Assembly: GCF_018977255.1 (NCBI RefSeq)
Contig: NW_024704744.1
Coordinates: 82,398,001-82,462,000, forward strand
Source of the DNA: Callorhinchus milii
Lineage: Eukaryota
DNA length: 64,000 bases
Direction: 5' to 3'
Part shown: positions 1 to 11,045 of the stretch, piece after piece
How positions within the stretch are numbered: position 1 is the stretch's first letter
Layout: each line of letters opens with the position of its first letter
Made by a program: the position numbers and the translations under genes
Notes under the pieces: model-generated
What the model saw: only the letters and a program-made list of their open reading frames with translations
What the model was told of the DNA's origin: nothing
The model's database searches: none

Positions 1-100
1 GATATAGTGCCCTATCACATCATTGAGATGTCTCAAAGAGATTCACAGAATATACTTTAAAGTGAATTGACTGTATTTTGTGGGTGAAACGAGGCAGCAA
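1..100 (-). mobile_element. 3' fragment of Deu-domain SINE family A
   Basis: gatatagtgcc...cacagaatatactttaaagtgaattgactgta matches the tail of the full copies at 3301, 9611 and 17874. Confidence 0.85.
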
Positions 101-168
101 ACATGAAGGCAAATGCAAGCAATAGTTATTACTGGCTGTTGGGGTGAACTCCTGCCTCCCACTCCTCC

Positions 169-237
169 CCATCATGTCTCAGTGGTGGAATTCTCACCTG
201 CCATGTGGGAGACCCAAGTTTGATTCTCAGGTATGCA
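169..237 (+). pseudogene. tRNA-Gly(GCC) pseudogene or tRNA-derived fragment
   Basis: tcagtggtggaattctcacctgccatgtgggagacccaagtttgattctcaggtatgca aligns by eye to vertebrate tRNA-Gly-GCC (TCAGTGGTAGAATTCTCGCCTGCCACGCGGGAGGCCCGGGTTCGATTCCCGG..ATGCA). Most differences are CpG decay; acceptor stem and T-arm are damaged. Confidence 0.75.
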
Positions 238-1135
238 AAGTATTTAGTAATAGACCTGTGTGGTGTATAAACACTGGCATGCACTAGTTGGGCTGGAAGG
301 CCTGTTTGTGCTGTACAGCCTATGTAAACCTTGATGTAAAAGTGGCTTCTGCCATCTTTGTTCTTTTCTATCATAGAACAGGTCCGATTATTGCTGGTGA
401 CGGAGCATAGTGTTTCAGGGCTATTTCACAAGACATTGTCATGCACAGAATACCAGCTAAAAATGTTTAAGGGAATCCAGTAGAATTCTGGAAACTCCAG
501 AAAAAACTCCAGAAAGATTCCCCCCCTACAATATATAAGTGATAACTACCTGGAGTGACTATTTTTGAGCGCAATTTTGATCGAAGTGGTAATTAGCGCT
601 GGTGATAGTATGACATTGCCAATTCCTCTCCCCCCCAATGATGTTGCACACAGTAGGCCTGATTCTTTTAGTATTCCAGCTGTGCTACAGCAGAGCTTTA
701 CTGGTGATCTTTCACATTGCTAAGCTCCTTACACTTGCAAATAAGTTCCACATTTTGAACACAGTAAATAACCACTTTGTAACAGTTGGATAGATAGCTT
801 AATCATTCAGCGCAAATAAATATACCTTTAGGATTAGGATTCCTTCAGTGTCTGAACACACCTGTACAATTCACACAACTTCATCCCAAACTCACAATTT
901 AACTGTGTTTGTGATTTTACAAACTTTAATGATTGAAGAGTAAGAAATGGGCCCAGATGTTACTGTATTTCGCATCTTGTCCATAAATTAAGAGGGAAGG
1001 GGGTTGTGTTAGAAGTTGTAAAAACTGCATGTACACTTTATTCTTGGTACTACCATGGAAACTAATAGACTGACCTTTAGGGAGGGGTGACAGAGTGTAG
1101 AGTATAGAAACTCGTGTCCTAGGATGGAATTTTAA

Positions 1136-1375
1136 TGAACAACTTTAGTAACTTACATTTATATGGTGCCTTTCACATAGGAAAATTTCTCAACGCGCTT
1201 TATGCAGTAGTATGAGACATTGAATAAGATGAGCAGGATGGGGAGTAGGGGCAAGGTGACCAGGAACACAGTCAAAGAACAACAACAAAATTACATTTGT
1301 ATAATGCCTTTCACGTCAGGAGGATGTCGCAAGGTGCTGGACAGACAGAGTTTCGGAAGTGGAGTTTAGAAAATA
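1136..1375 (-). mobile_element. Nested L2 LINE 3' fragments
   Basis: Two L2-type tails (cttacatttatatggtgcctttcac; aacaacaacaaaattacatttgtataatgcctttcacgtcagg), matching the L2 tails at 8574 and 58592. Confidence 0.7.
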
Positions 1376-1810
1376 GTGAGATTTTGGGACTGAGAGCAGC
1401 GACTGAAAGCTTGGCTGCTGATAAAATCTGTTTTGCAAGCTATTTCAGGCTCTCCCAATTTGGGATCATGGGCCGAGGACAATAATGATCCTCAGTTGTG
1501 TTTGATTTTAAAAATGCAATGATATTTCAGAAACATTAAAAAAAAACGAAGAGGCAAAAATCACAAGCGATCACAGGAGATGTTCAGGTTGAAAATGGCC
1601 CTTTGCCCATCTGATCTCCCAGAATACGCACCCTTCCAAGAATTCTGTGCCCTTGAAAAGAATTTCATATTTTTCTTTTTTCGTTGAATGTTGCTTGACT
1701 TGCCTTGTCTAATTTGCAGGGAGATGTAAATGTATTTACAAATCTCAAATTCTGCACCATTTGACTACAGAATGCACAGCTGCTACACTACACTCTACAA
1801 TAAATCCTTT

Positions 1811-1888
1811 CAAGCGCTTTGAGATTCCCTCCTAATGTGAAGGGCGCTATATCAAATGCAAGGATGATGATGTTATTATTATTATTAG
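1811..1888 (+). mobile_element. SINE family A tail
   Basis: aagcgctttgaga...gcgctatatcaaatgcaagg followed by (ATT)n. Confidence 0.8.
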
Positions 1889-2039
1889 TATTACCATGGT
1901 GTGTCTCACCAATTTTTGAAAACACTGCTCGGATCCCAATCTCCTTGTAGATGCAAGGAACTTCTTACTTCACAGACACACCCAAGTGATGATAATAATA
2001 ATAATAATAATCATCATCAACCTTGCCTTTGGGCTGGAT

Positions 2040-2334
2040 TCCAACACAAGAGGCACAGGCTTAAAATCAAGACCAAGACAGCTAGAACTGAAGTTCAGAA
2101 CCATTTGTTCACACAGAAGGTTGTGAAGATGTGGAATGCTCTGCCGCAGAAAGCTGTAGAGGCAAAATCAATAGGTATATTTAAAAGAAGATACTTCAGT
2201 AGAAGAGATATTAATGGAGTATGGCAAAAGAGAGAGGCACTGGGATTAAAAGATCTGTCAAGATTTAATAAACTGTTGGAACTGCCTTGATGAGTTGAAT
2301 GGCCTGTTCCTGTTCTCGTTTCCTATGTTCTTAT
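2040..2334 (+). mobile_element. CR1 LINE 3' end
   Basis: Translates HRLKIKT..RTEVQNHLFTQKVVKMWNALPQKAVEA (CR1 ORF2 C-terminus); 3' UTR gaatggcctgttcctg...cctatgttcttat. Confidence 0.85.
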
Positions 2335-2336
2335 AT

Positions 2337-2445
2337 TAATAATAATAATCCTTGCATTTGAATTAGCGCCTTATCATGTCGTTGAAACATCTCAAGCGCC
2401 TCACAGAATATATTGTAAAGTGAATTGACTGTGTATTTTGTGAGC
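2337..2445 (-). mobile_element. SINE family A tail
   Basis: (AAT)n ccttgcatttg...gtaaagtgaattgactg. Confidence 0.8.
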
Positions 2446-3300
2446 AAAATTAATACTGGAGATCATGGAATATCTTGTGCCTAGGAGATAACAGTAAATT
2501 TTGTATGGCTTGAGGAAGAAACGACGTTCATGAGCCAAATTACCTTTTCTCGATCCTTGCTTATTTATGATAAAGAAATATATCAGGTTCGGTTCTGGTG
2601 ATATTACTCTCCACCTATAGAGCTGAACAATGATTCACACAAGGGTCAAAAAGTAATTTGGTTGCAGCCCGCCAAATCAAAAGTGTGACCGTTATTTAAT
2701 TCAACCAGCCCACTGGCAAGATCTGCACAGGTAATAATCATCAAGTTTAAAAGACGATTTTCTTCCATAAGCGTTATTGGTATTTTTATAGCTGCTGAAG
2801 GCGATATTCCAGTAAAATTAAAAAAAAACATAAAACTACCATGCTGAACTAGCGCACTTGAATTAGTGGAATTATAGTTACACAAATGAGATGCAGATAG
2901 GACAAGATGAGACGGCTTCTTTTGCAATTCTCTAAAATTAATAGCTCAAAAAAATTAAAGTAATGACAAAGCTCAGCCATGTATTATCTTCTCCTGTAGA
3001 ATGTGACATTTAATTAGATGCTACATCTTTGAGAACCCAGTCAAAGTTTGACTCCCCCAGCCCTCCCCCAGACTTCTTAAAGTAAAGATCGATTTTTAAT
3101 GATTCGTTGAATTCAACTCCCGATTACAGATGTAATATGATTTGCATCCCCAAATGCAAGGAGTATTGTTATAAACTCTTGAAACAGTTGTTTTAACCCT
3201 TCGACCCAGGTGTCTGACACATTAGACAAGCTAGGGCTCTTCAGTCTTGAAAGGAGATAATACATAACATAAAGGTGTATAACATTGAATTGAATGTTAT

Positions 3301-3626
3301 AATAATAATAATAATAATAATCCTTGCATTTGATATAGCGCTTTTCACGTCAGGAGGACGTCCCAAAGCGCTTCACAGAACACACTGTAAAGTGAATTGA
3401 CTGTATATTTGTGGGCGAACGCGGCAGCCAATTGCGCACAGCAATGTCCCACAAACAGTCGTAGATTGAAAATGACCAATTTATTATTGTTTTTGGTTTT
3501 GGAGGGATTATTATTAGGCGTGTGGAGTAAGGAAACTTGCCCAAGGTTTCGCCCTCTGCCTGGAATTGAACTCAGGTCTCTCACTTGCAAAGCGAGTGCT
3601 CTAACCACTGAGCTACAGGACTCCAC
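3301..3626 (-). mobile_element. Full-length young tRNA-headed Deu-domain SINE (family A)
   Basis: Minus strand: tRNA-like head GTAGCTCAGTGGTTAGAGC (A box)...GAGTTCAATTCC (B box); body ctgtttgtgggacattgctgtgcgcaattggctgccgcgtt resembling AmnSINE1/SacSINE1; L2-like tail plus (ATT)n. Near-identical to three other copies in the window. Confidence 0.93.
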
Positions 3627-3643
3627 TATTATATTCCTCATGA

Positions 3644-3683
3644 ATTGAAAAGGATTGAAAAGGATTGAAAAGGATTGAAAAGG
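3644..3683 (+). repeat. (ATTGAAAAGG)x4 tandem repeat
   Basis: Four exact 10-bp units. Confidence 0.95.
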
Positions 3684-3685
3684 TA

Positions 3686-3981
3686 AGCCCAGATCAATAC
3701 TTTAGGATACACCAAGACAGTTGAATGAGTGGACACGTGGTTTAGAATGACATATTCTGGGTTTTGTTTACCCAGAAGGAATTAATGACTGGAACAGGTT
3801 ACGAGGAAGGGTGATTGAGACCAGGATGTTGGGCTCATTTTTAATAAATGCGTGATGCTGTGATGGGAGGCGGATAAGGTGCTGTACTACACACACGTCA
3901 TTTTGTTGTTGTTGTTCTGAAGGATGTGGTCAGATGTGCTGAAGGGTTCTCTTCATCCAAACCAATTTTGTGATCCTGTGA
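3686..3981 (+). mobile_element. Degraded CR1 LINE 3' end
   Basis: tttacccagaagg...actggaacaggttac (FTQR..WN.L motif) and CR1-type tail ttgtgatcctgtga. Confidence 0.6.
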
Positions 3982-4015
3982 AGTGTACACGATCCCCTAG
4001 GTGCCGACTAAAAAG

Positions 4016-4440
4016 AATAACAAATTGTATTCATATAGCGCCTTTCACGTCAGGTGGATGTCCTAAGGCACTGGACAGTTGAGTGTTCGCACCCAAAACT
4101 GGGGGTTGGATTCGAGGGGTGGGGAAACCAAGGGAATGGATATGGTGGGGGGTGGTGGGGTGAGATGACCAAAGGCGCAATCAAAGAGGAAAGTCTTGAA
4201 ATGGATCATGAACGAGGTGAGAGAAGGGGCAACTGAAGATGGGATGGAGTTCCAGGGAGTGGGGGCAGAAAGGCTGAAGGCCCAACAGCAGATGGTTGGG
4301 CAGGCAAGGGATGTGAAGCAGTCCAGTGCCTGCCAAATGGAGGGAACGGGCAAGTTGGTAGAGTTTTAGAAGGTCATAGAGGTAGGGTGGGGCAAGATAG
4401 TAAGGGTGAGGATCTTGAACTCAATCCTTTGGGGGCCAGT
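4016..4440 (-). mobile_element. L2 LINE 3' fragment
   Basis: Minus translation AFSLSAPTPWNSIP..FKTFLFDCAF is the L2 ORF2 C-terminus; L2 tail at 4016-4075. Confidence 0.85.
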
Positions 4441-5499
4441 ACATTTTTAGCTCACACACTGTGAGGCTGGACACCAACAATAAAGTAACACTGTGCAAGC
4501 ATTCAGATTACTTTATTACTGTAATTATTATTGATCTCAACCTCCTAAAGCAAATAAAATTTTAATGGCCTGTGTTATTAAAATTCTATTTGTTTTAGGG
4601 GGTTAGAATCAATATTTTTCTCCATCCACACATGCGTATATCTGGATGGGGATGCGAACGATTATCTGATTCTATCTGTGACAATGCTTCTATGCATTCA
4701 CCTTGGCTACCCATAAACTCCAGATGTAATTGTAATGAGCCTGTTGCAGAAAACAGAACTAATGGGGTAATGTTTGTGGCATTTTGTAATACGTTCCTTG
4801 TCTTAGTTAAGACAAAGATCATAAACATCATCCCTTATGATCACGCCAGTTAGTCAAGTGCTGCTACCAACAGTTACTATCTTGAACCTTCATGTCTACA
4901 GCTGCATATGATCTGCTAGAATTCTGGCAGAAGTTTGGTTAAATGATTGCAGGAAGACAACTTTTTGTAGTCAGTGTCCTGATGGGGTGCAAAACTAGAA
5001 CTCAAACTCAGGGGATGGCTTAGGCCTCTACCACTGTACCATGTCTGCCGTGGGGCAGGTTATAGGGGTAATTTATGTGCAACTTTAATTTTGTTTCAAA
5101 TCATTTATAGTTTTGCTGCAATCCTCTGAATCACTATGGACTGTGGAAAGTTACAATATTCCTTGCAAGTTTGTTAGTTTTCTTATACATAATTCCACAC
5201 CATGCTTTCAGTGGCCCTCTGCTGGAGGCAATTTGCTTTTACTGCCCCTAAATAGAAGGATCTTTGCAATGTGTGTGTTGCTTCAGTTAGACTTACACAA
5301 ATTGTAGCCATGAAAACATTGCCTATGCTGCACTATGGCTTCAGAGGGGATATTTATGTCTGTTTTGCAACACAACGCTATCATGCTGATTTAGGTTGTA
5401 GACTACTTGAGAGTAGGTTCAACTTGTATCAGGTGTCAAGTAATCTGAAGGTTGTTGTTGCCTGGAATGCATTATTTAGCACATTTCTTCTGGTCGTCA

Positions 5500-5990
5500 A
5501 CTTTGCCCAATCATCTATTATAGCATCAAGCTGTTTCTTGACTGAGTCCTGTGTCCTGGCTTCAACCACCTCTCCTGGTAACCTGTTCCAGCTGTTGACC
5601 ACTCTCTCTGAAAGAAAATACCTCTGGACATCTGTCCTAAAATCGTCCTTTACAAACTTGAACGTGTGCTCTCTTGTCCCTGCTGTTTGGTGTATCTAAT
5701 GATATTGTTCTGGGTTTATTTTCTCTATCCCATGTGTTAGCTGGTATCATTCTCACCTCTGGCTCTGAAGATTGTGCATTCAAACATTTAGCTTAAAGTC
5801 CAGCTGACAGTACATTGCTGGGGGAAGCACTGCATTGTTGGAATTAATGTAATACACAACTTTGTATCTTATATATCTTTAGAAGGTCTCCTCTGGGATG
5901 TCTCTTTTCAAGAATTAAGCTCATTTGGCCATTCGTTATACCTCATCCCTCTAATGCTGGTAATATAGCCTTGTTGCTCTCTTCTGTACA
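5500..5990 (-). mobile_element. CR1 LINE fragment interrupted by a SacSINE-like piece (about 5740-5845, +)
   Basis: Minus strand reads RVVNSWNRLPGEVVEARTQDSVKKQLD; gtacagaagagagcaacaagg (VQRRATR-like). Confidence 0.75.
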
Positions 5991-6362
5991 GGATATAGGG
6001 ACTGGGCACTGTTCAGTTTGATCATGACTTCTTGCAATCTGAAATCGAGTGATTTGGCAATACAGCCCAGCAACCAAGTCAATTTTCTTTGAAGGCAATC
6101 TAATTAATGTTTAGTTTGACAAATTTCAATATAAGAATATGAAATTTGGCCTTTAGATTAAGTACATTAACTAGAAAATCAACTTTAGACTTATCTCCAC
6201 CTTCATAATAGCAAATTATATCTTTCCTCTCAAGTCTAATTTGGGAATTTGTAGGCATATAAATTAAATTACACAAATCATCCAGAGAACAATAAGAGAA
6301 ACTGTGAGAACAGAAAAGATTCATCTTAATTGTTTCTTTGCAATGCGCAGCAACAAAAAACC

Positions 6363-6518
6363 TCAGGGTTGGCACAACTGAGCCGGTCAGAGTTTAGGGG
6401 TGATTTTTTTGGGGGGCTCAGCCGGATGTCTGACACATGGAGAAATCCAACCCAAACTGAGAATTCCATACATCCCTGGAGGGATGCATTCTGCTTACCT
6501 AATTCCAGAAACTGTTAG
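6363..6518 (+). repeat. Unclassified interspersed repeat R1
   Basis: Shares tgacacatg...atccaacccaaactgagaattcc...ggagggatgcattctgctt with 7023-7131 and, inverted, with 14592, 22684 and 59230. Confidence 0.7.
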
Positions 6519-6989
6519 GCACATGTTGGCAAGAGCCAAGTCTTGAGGACCCCAGAGTGATATCAGTTGCGCTGGTTGGAGCTCAGGTGGGGTGCAGCCA
6601 ATCCTATAATACCTTCAGATTGATAGATGGTAAAGATGTTTGCTTTGTGCTTCTTTTCCAATGGATTGTTGAGAATTTGCCAATAGAAATGGTGCAAACA
6701 CAAAAACAATCTAGTCAAACCAAAGCGTGACTCAGAAATAAAGAATAATTGAAAAGCGAATTGTGATTAGTGAACCTGCTTGTGAGGGAAGAGTTAAGGT
6801 GTGTTTCCTTCTCATTCTCATTCATTCCGTCAGTCATTCTTTTTTTCCCTGTTTTAATCTACTCTCTGGCTACTACCTGAACCTTTTTGGCCCAGGATTG
6901 GAAACTGCTCCAAAGCATCATGTATTGAGTCCTGATGTTGTTTAATTGAGTAAACTACGCCAGATTTAAAAACAAAAAGATACATGGAA

Positions 6990-7468
6990 TAATAAAATAA
7001 TCCTTGCATTTGATATAGTGCCTTAAGAGTATCCAACCCAAACTGAGAATTCCGTGCATCCCATCTACACATGGAAATTCCAGAGAGACTGTTGGAATGG
7101 AATGCGCACTCTCTTCCTGGAGGGATGCATTTTGAGGTCTCAAAGCGCTTCACAGAATATATTGTCAAGTGAATTGACTGTGGATTTTGTTGTCGAAACA
7201 CGGCGGCCAATTACACACAGCAGTGTCCCACACACAGTAGTAAATTGTGTGACCAAATTATTATTATTACTTTTAAATTGGGTGGGATTATTACCCCCGG
7301 AAAAGCAATCCGCCAATCAACTAACAACCGGGTTCATAGTTACTGCTAGGTAAACAGAGGCATGTGGAGTAAGGAAACCTGCCTAATGTTTCACCCTTCC
7401 CGGGAATTGAACCCTGGTTCTCTCGCTTGTGAGGCGAATGTTCTAACCACTGAGCTACAGGACTTCAC
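6990..7468 (-). mobile_element. Older, longer subfamily of SINE A carrying an R1 insertion
   Basis: Head with loop CT-CAC-AA; extra internal segment about 7290-7360 absent from young copies; tail interrupted at 7026-7126. Confidence 0.85.
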
Positions 7469-8573
7469 TAATAATAGTAATAGGACATTATGAGCAATAT
7501 GTAAAAAGACCTAAGTTTGAGATTTTCTATTTTCTGGGACCTATAAATTCCTTCGAGTAAATTCCAATCTCTCAGTTCGTCTTTATTTTGAAGGTGCAGT
7601 TAGTGTAGAAAAATGACATATCTAAATGATTGTGGTACCTTTGCTTGTTTTAAAAAAATATTGCTTTGATATAATTGAAGAAACAAAACAGCGTGTTTTT
7701 TGTGATGATGGGGAAAGGTCCCACTTCCTGCATGTTCAGTTAAAGAAAAACATTTACACAAGCTCTTCATCCTTTTCTCTTTTGAAGTTAGACTCTGTTC
7801 TCTTTCAAGGCCATAATATTGGATTTTAAGATGTGGCAAAAAAACATGTTTGGAATCCAATATATAATGTATTCCTGTCACTAGAAATGTGCAACATGCT
7901 ACATTTATTTCAAAACTAAATTGAACAAAAATTAAAATAACATGCCTTTTTCCCAAGGCCACACATTTGTGGTATGACTTATCTCCTTTGCTCTTCTCTC
8001 ATAAATTCTGTGGATTTTTGAAGTCCAATCCTGGCCCTCACTTACTTACATCCTGATGTGCCTCATTCCTCTGCTCCTCATTTCAGTCTTTGTCATGTCC
8101 TTCACTGACAACTTTGTTTGCAACCCATTTAACAAATAAAAATCTCAATCTCCTTTTAGGGTGCCAAAAAAAAGGCCACGTGGCCTTTGGTTTTAAACAT
8201 GCCTTTGATTGACATAATAACAATCTGTGAGGATAAAATTCCCTTTCCTAGTGACTTTGACAATGTGCAGCTCTTAGAAATGTCTCCATTTAACAACAAG
8301 AGGAATTTCTTGCCAAGATTAAGTTTCAGTGAACTGCTCACTATCACCGTTTCCTCACAAGAGGAGCTGTAAGCACCAACAATCATAGGACAAAAATGAT
8401 GCCCTATAACCTTGTGGCTTTGGCAAACATTTAATTGAGGGATCTAATGACATAGAACACTGTTAGACTGTTTACAAGATCTCTTGTTTATTTATCTTTT
8501 TTTTACTTTGGCCAAATAGGCTGCAGTTGTCTTTTCTGGTGCTGTAACTTCCTATGTTCTCTAAAGCTATTAT

Positions 8574-8958
8574 AACAACAACAACAAAATTACATTTGTA
8601 CAGCGCCTTTCACATCTGGAGGACATACCAAGGTGCCAGACAGACAGAGTTACAGACCCGAGCTGGGGGAGGGTGGAAGGCAGGGGGAGAAGCAGGGAGA
8701 TCGAAAGCACGGTCGAAGAGGAGGGTCTTGATGTGGGTCTTGAAGGTGGCGAGGGAGGGGGGCGAGATGGAGGGACTGTGGGATAGAGTTCCAGAGGGTG
8801 GATGCAGAGTGGCGGAAAGCCTGCCTGCCAATAATGGGGCGAGCAAGGCCGGAGCCCACTGAGCAGAGGGAGCGAACAGGATGGTAGAGGCTTAGGTCGG
8901 AGAGGTAGGGAGGAGCAAGACCGTGGAGGGCTTTGAAGGTGAGGACCAGGATCTTGAA
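8574..8958 (-). mobile_element. L2 LINE 3' fragment
   Basis: IIGRQAFRHSASTLWNSIP / FKTHIKTLLFDRAF; (AAC)n tail. Confidence 0.9.
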
Positions 8959-9189
8959 CTGTTATCCAATCTGTGATGGGAAGCTGGTAGATTGTATTAT
9001 AAATAGTGGATTTGATTAAGTCGTATCAATCCTAGCCTCTGATGTTATCCTGATTGAAGAATTCAAGTAGTAACATAGAATTCCAGCAATCGGAGGGGCG
9101 AGAAACACAAGTCGTGTTTCATATCTACCTCGAAACCTTACAAATTAATTATTGAGATTCAACCAAACAAAGTTAATCTCCAATCATAT

Positions 9190-9465
9190 AGTCAACTGAA
9201 CTGAATCAGCTCAACGCTGATCTCACCCTGATTGAATGAACCGAACTGAAATCAACTTCACACTGAACTGACCCTGATTACAGTGAATTGCTCTGAAACT
9301 AACCCCATGCTGATATCACACTGTTTATAATCTCCTGAACTAAAATCAACCCCATGTTGACCTCACCCTGATGATAGAGACTTGAACTGAAATGAACCCC
9401 ACACTGATCTCACCCCGATGAAAGTCAACTGAACTGAATCAACCACATGTCGATCCTACAGTAAT
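9190..9465 (+). repeat. Degenerate tandem array of about six 47-bp units
   Basis: Consensus approximately agtcaactgaactgaaatcaaccccacgctgatctcaccctgatgat. Confidence 0.85.
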
Positions 9466-9610
9466 CATAAGAATTCAATGTAAGTGAAACACAAATTCTC
9501 ATCTCACTCAAATTAGGATTCAAATAACCCGAATCAGCTACTGATTTCAGAAGTCCCATTCAATCCAAACTCATATTTTGCTGACTCGATTTGTGCATTT
9601 CTTGAATGTA

Positions 9611-9927
9611 ATAATAATAATAATCCTTGCATTTGATATAGCGCTTTTCACGTCTTCTAGACATCCCAAAGCGCTTCACAGAATATACTGTAAAGTGAAT
9701 TGACTGTATGTTTGTGGCTGAACGCGGCAGCCAATTGCGCACAGCAATGTCGCACAAACAGTCGTAGATTGAAAATGACCAATTTATTATTGTTTTTTGG
9801 TGGGATTATTATTAGGCTCTGTGTGGAGTAAGAAAACTTGGCCAAGGTTTCGCCCTCTGCCTGGAATTGAACTCAGGTCTCTCGCTTGCAAAGCGAGTGC
9901 TCTAACCACTGAGCTACAGGACTCCAC
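9611..9927 (-). mobile_element. Full-length young SINE A
   Basis: Same structure as 3301-3626; candidate TSD ATGTA at 9606-9610 and 9928-9932. Confidence 0.93.
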
Positions 9928-10685
9928 ATGTATTTGAGTACTGAGCTTCTCTGGAGCAGGCCTAAACATTCGTATGTCGCATACATGAATGCAATGGGAT
10001 TAAATAGGAGACATAGAGGTGACTGGCTCCATTCTGGTTTATACTTGACCACACAGAGTCAAACTACCACAGCCAGTTCACTCCTCTACGTTCGCAATCA
10101 CCAGGCTCACATTTTAAACATGCTCTGTTATTCAAGCACTGTAAAGTAAAATTCAAATCCTTTAAACTCACAACAGCAGTGATATCCTCAATTTGTCAAG
10201 GGAGTCTGCGGCAATAAATAGTTCCTGATTAAACTTCCTGGACCCTTAGCCTCCCCATTCACTCAGCACAGGAAGCATTTAGTTAAGCGATGATGAACAA
10301 CAAGGTGAGGTACAAAGCCCAATTCTACACATGCGTCAGAGTCCATTTCTGCCATCGGATCATGAGTCTATGTCTGGTCGTTTTGGGGAGGAAAAAATAT
10401 TATTTTGTGGTGTTACACAGCTGAATTGCGGAAAGCATTGGAAGAGGAGGAATTTCAGTTAGAACATGTGCAGTGAGGGAAAGGTTGGAATTTCAATTGA
10501 ATATTTCTGAGTTCACAACTCTGCGATAGCCAGTTTTCTTTCATCATGGCCTCTCATACTGTTGAGAAACAGAATCTATTGCTTAACTAAACTCAACACT
10601 ATCTATATTAAAGCATGATGCATCAAATTGAAAAGATTAGAAGGGTTATGTAAATGAAGTGCCTCTCTGTGGAGACGTATCAACC

Positions 10686-11045
10686 AGTGTGGTACTGAGT
10701 CACACATCATGAATGTCCCAGGTTCGAACTTGTGATCTGTGCTGAGTTACAGCTGATCGTAGCTGAGGTATTGATGGGGGTCTATCATCTGGCCTCAGTG
10801 TCTGTGATGGAGGGGGAAAAAAAATTGGCCATGGTTCCTATTCATTACTGCTATGAATATAATGCTGGAAGCGTGTGCATATTGGGGTCTCCTCTGATGT
10901 TCTCCCACCAAGTTCAATCAAACAGCATGCCAATACTATCATATGAAGCATTTGAGTAAGGGAGTGAAGATTATTTGGATAAGGCTGCTGGCCATGAAAT
11001 CATGAATGAATCATTGCTTCAGGAGAGGAGAGATTAGGGGGAAAT
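10686..11045 (+). mobile_element. Ancient SINE-like family B (tRNA-like head, non-Deu body)
   Basis: gtgtggtactgag..cccaggttcga..tctgtgctgagtta.ctgatc...ttcaggagaggaga; related to 19310, 24865 and 48205. Confidence 0.65.

Noticed and set aside
3555-3626. Functional tRNA-Ala(TGC) genes
   Set aside because: The acceptor stem is incomplete and each copy continues into a SINE body and tail
3345-3648. Recurrent ORFs (ESCSSVVRALALQ.., MGKFPYST.., MTVYLWAN..) at 3.3, 9.6, 17.9, 39.0 and 58.3 kb resembling a gene family
   Set aside because: They are translations of the same non-coding SINE, open in several frames on both strands
9190-9465. CRISPR array
   Set aside because: Whole units are degenerate copies with no unique spacers, no cas genes, and a eukaryotic context
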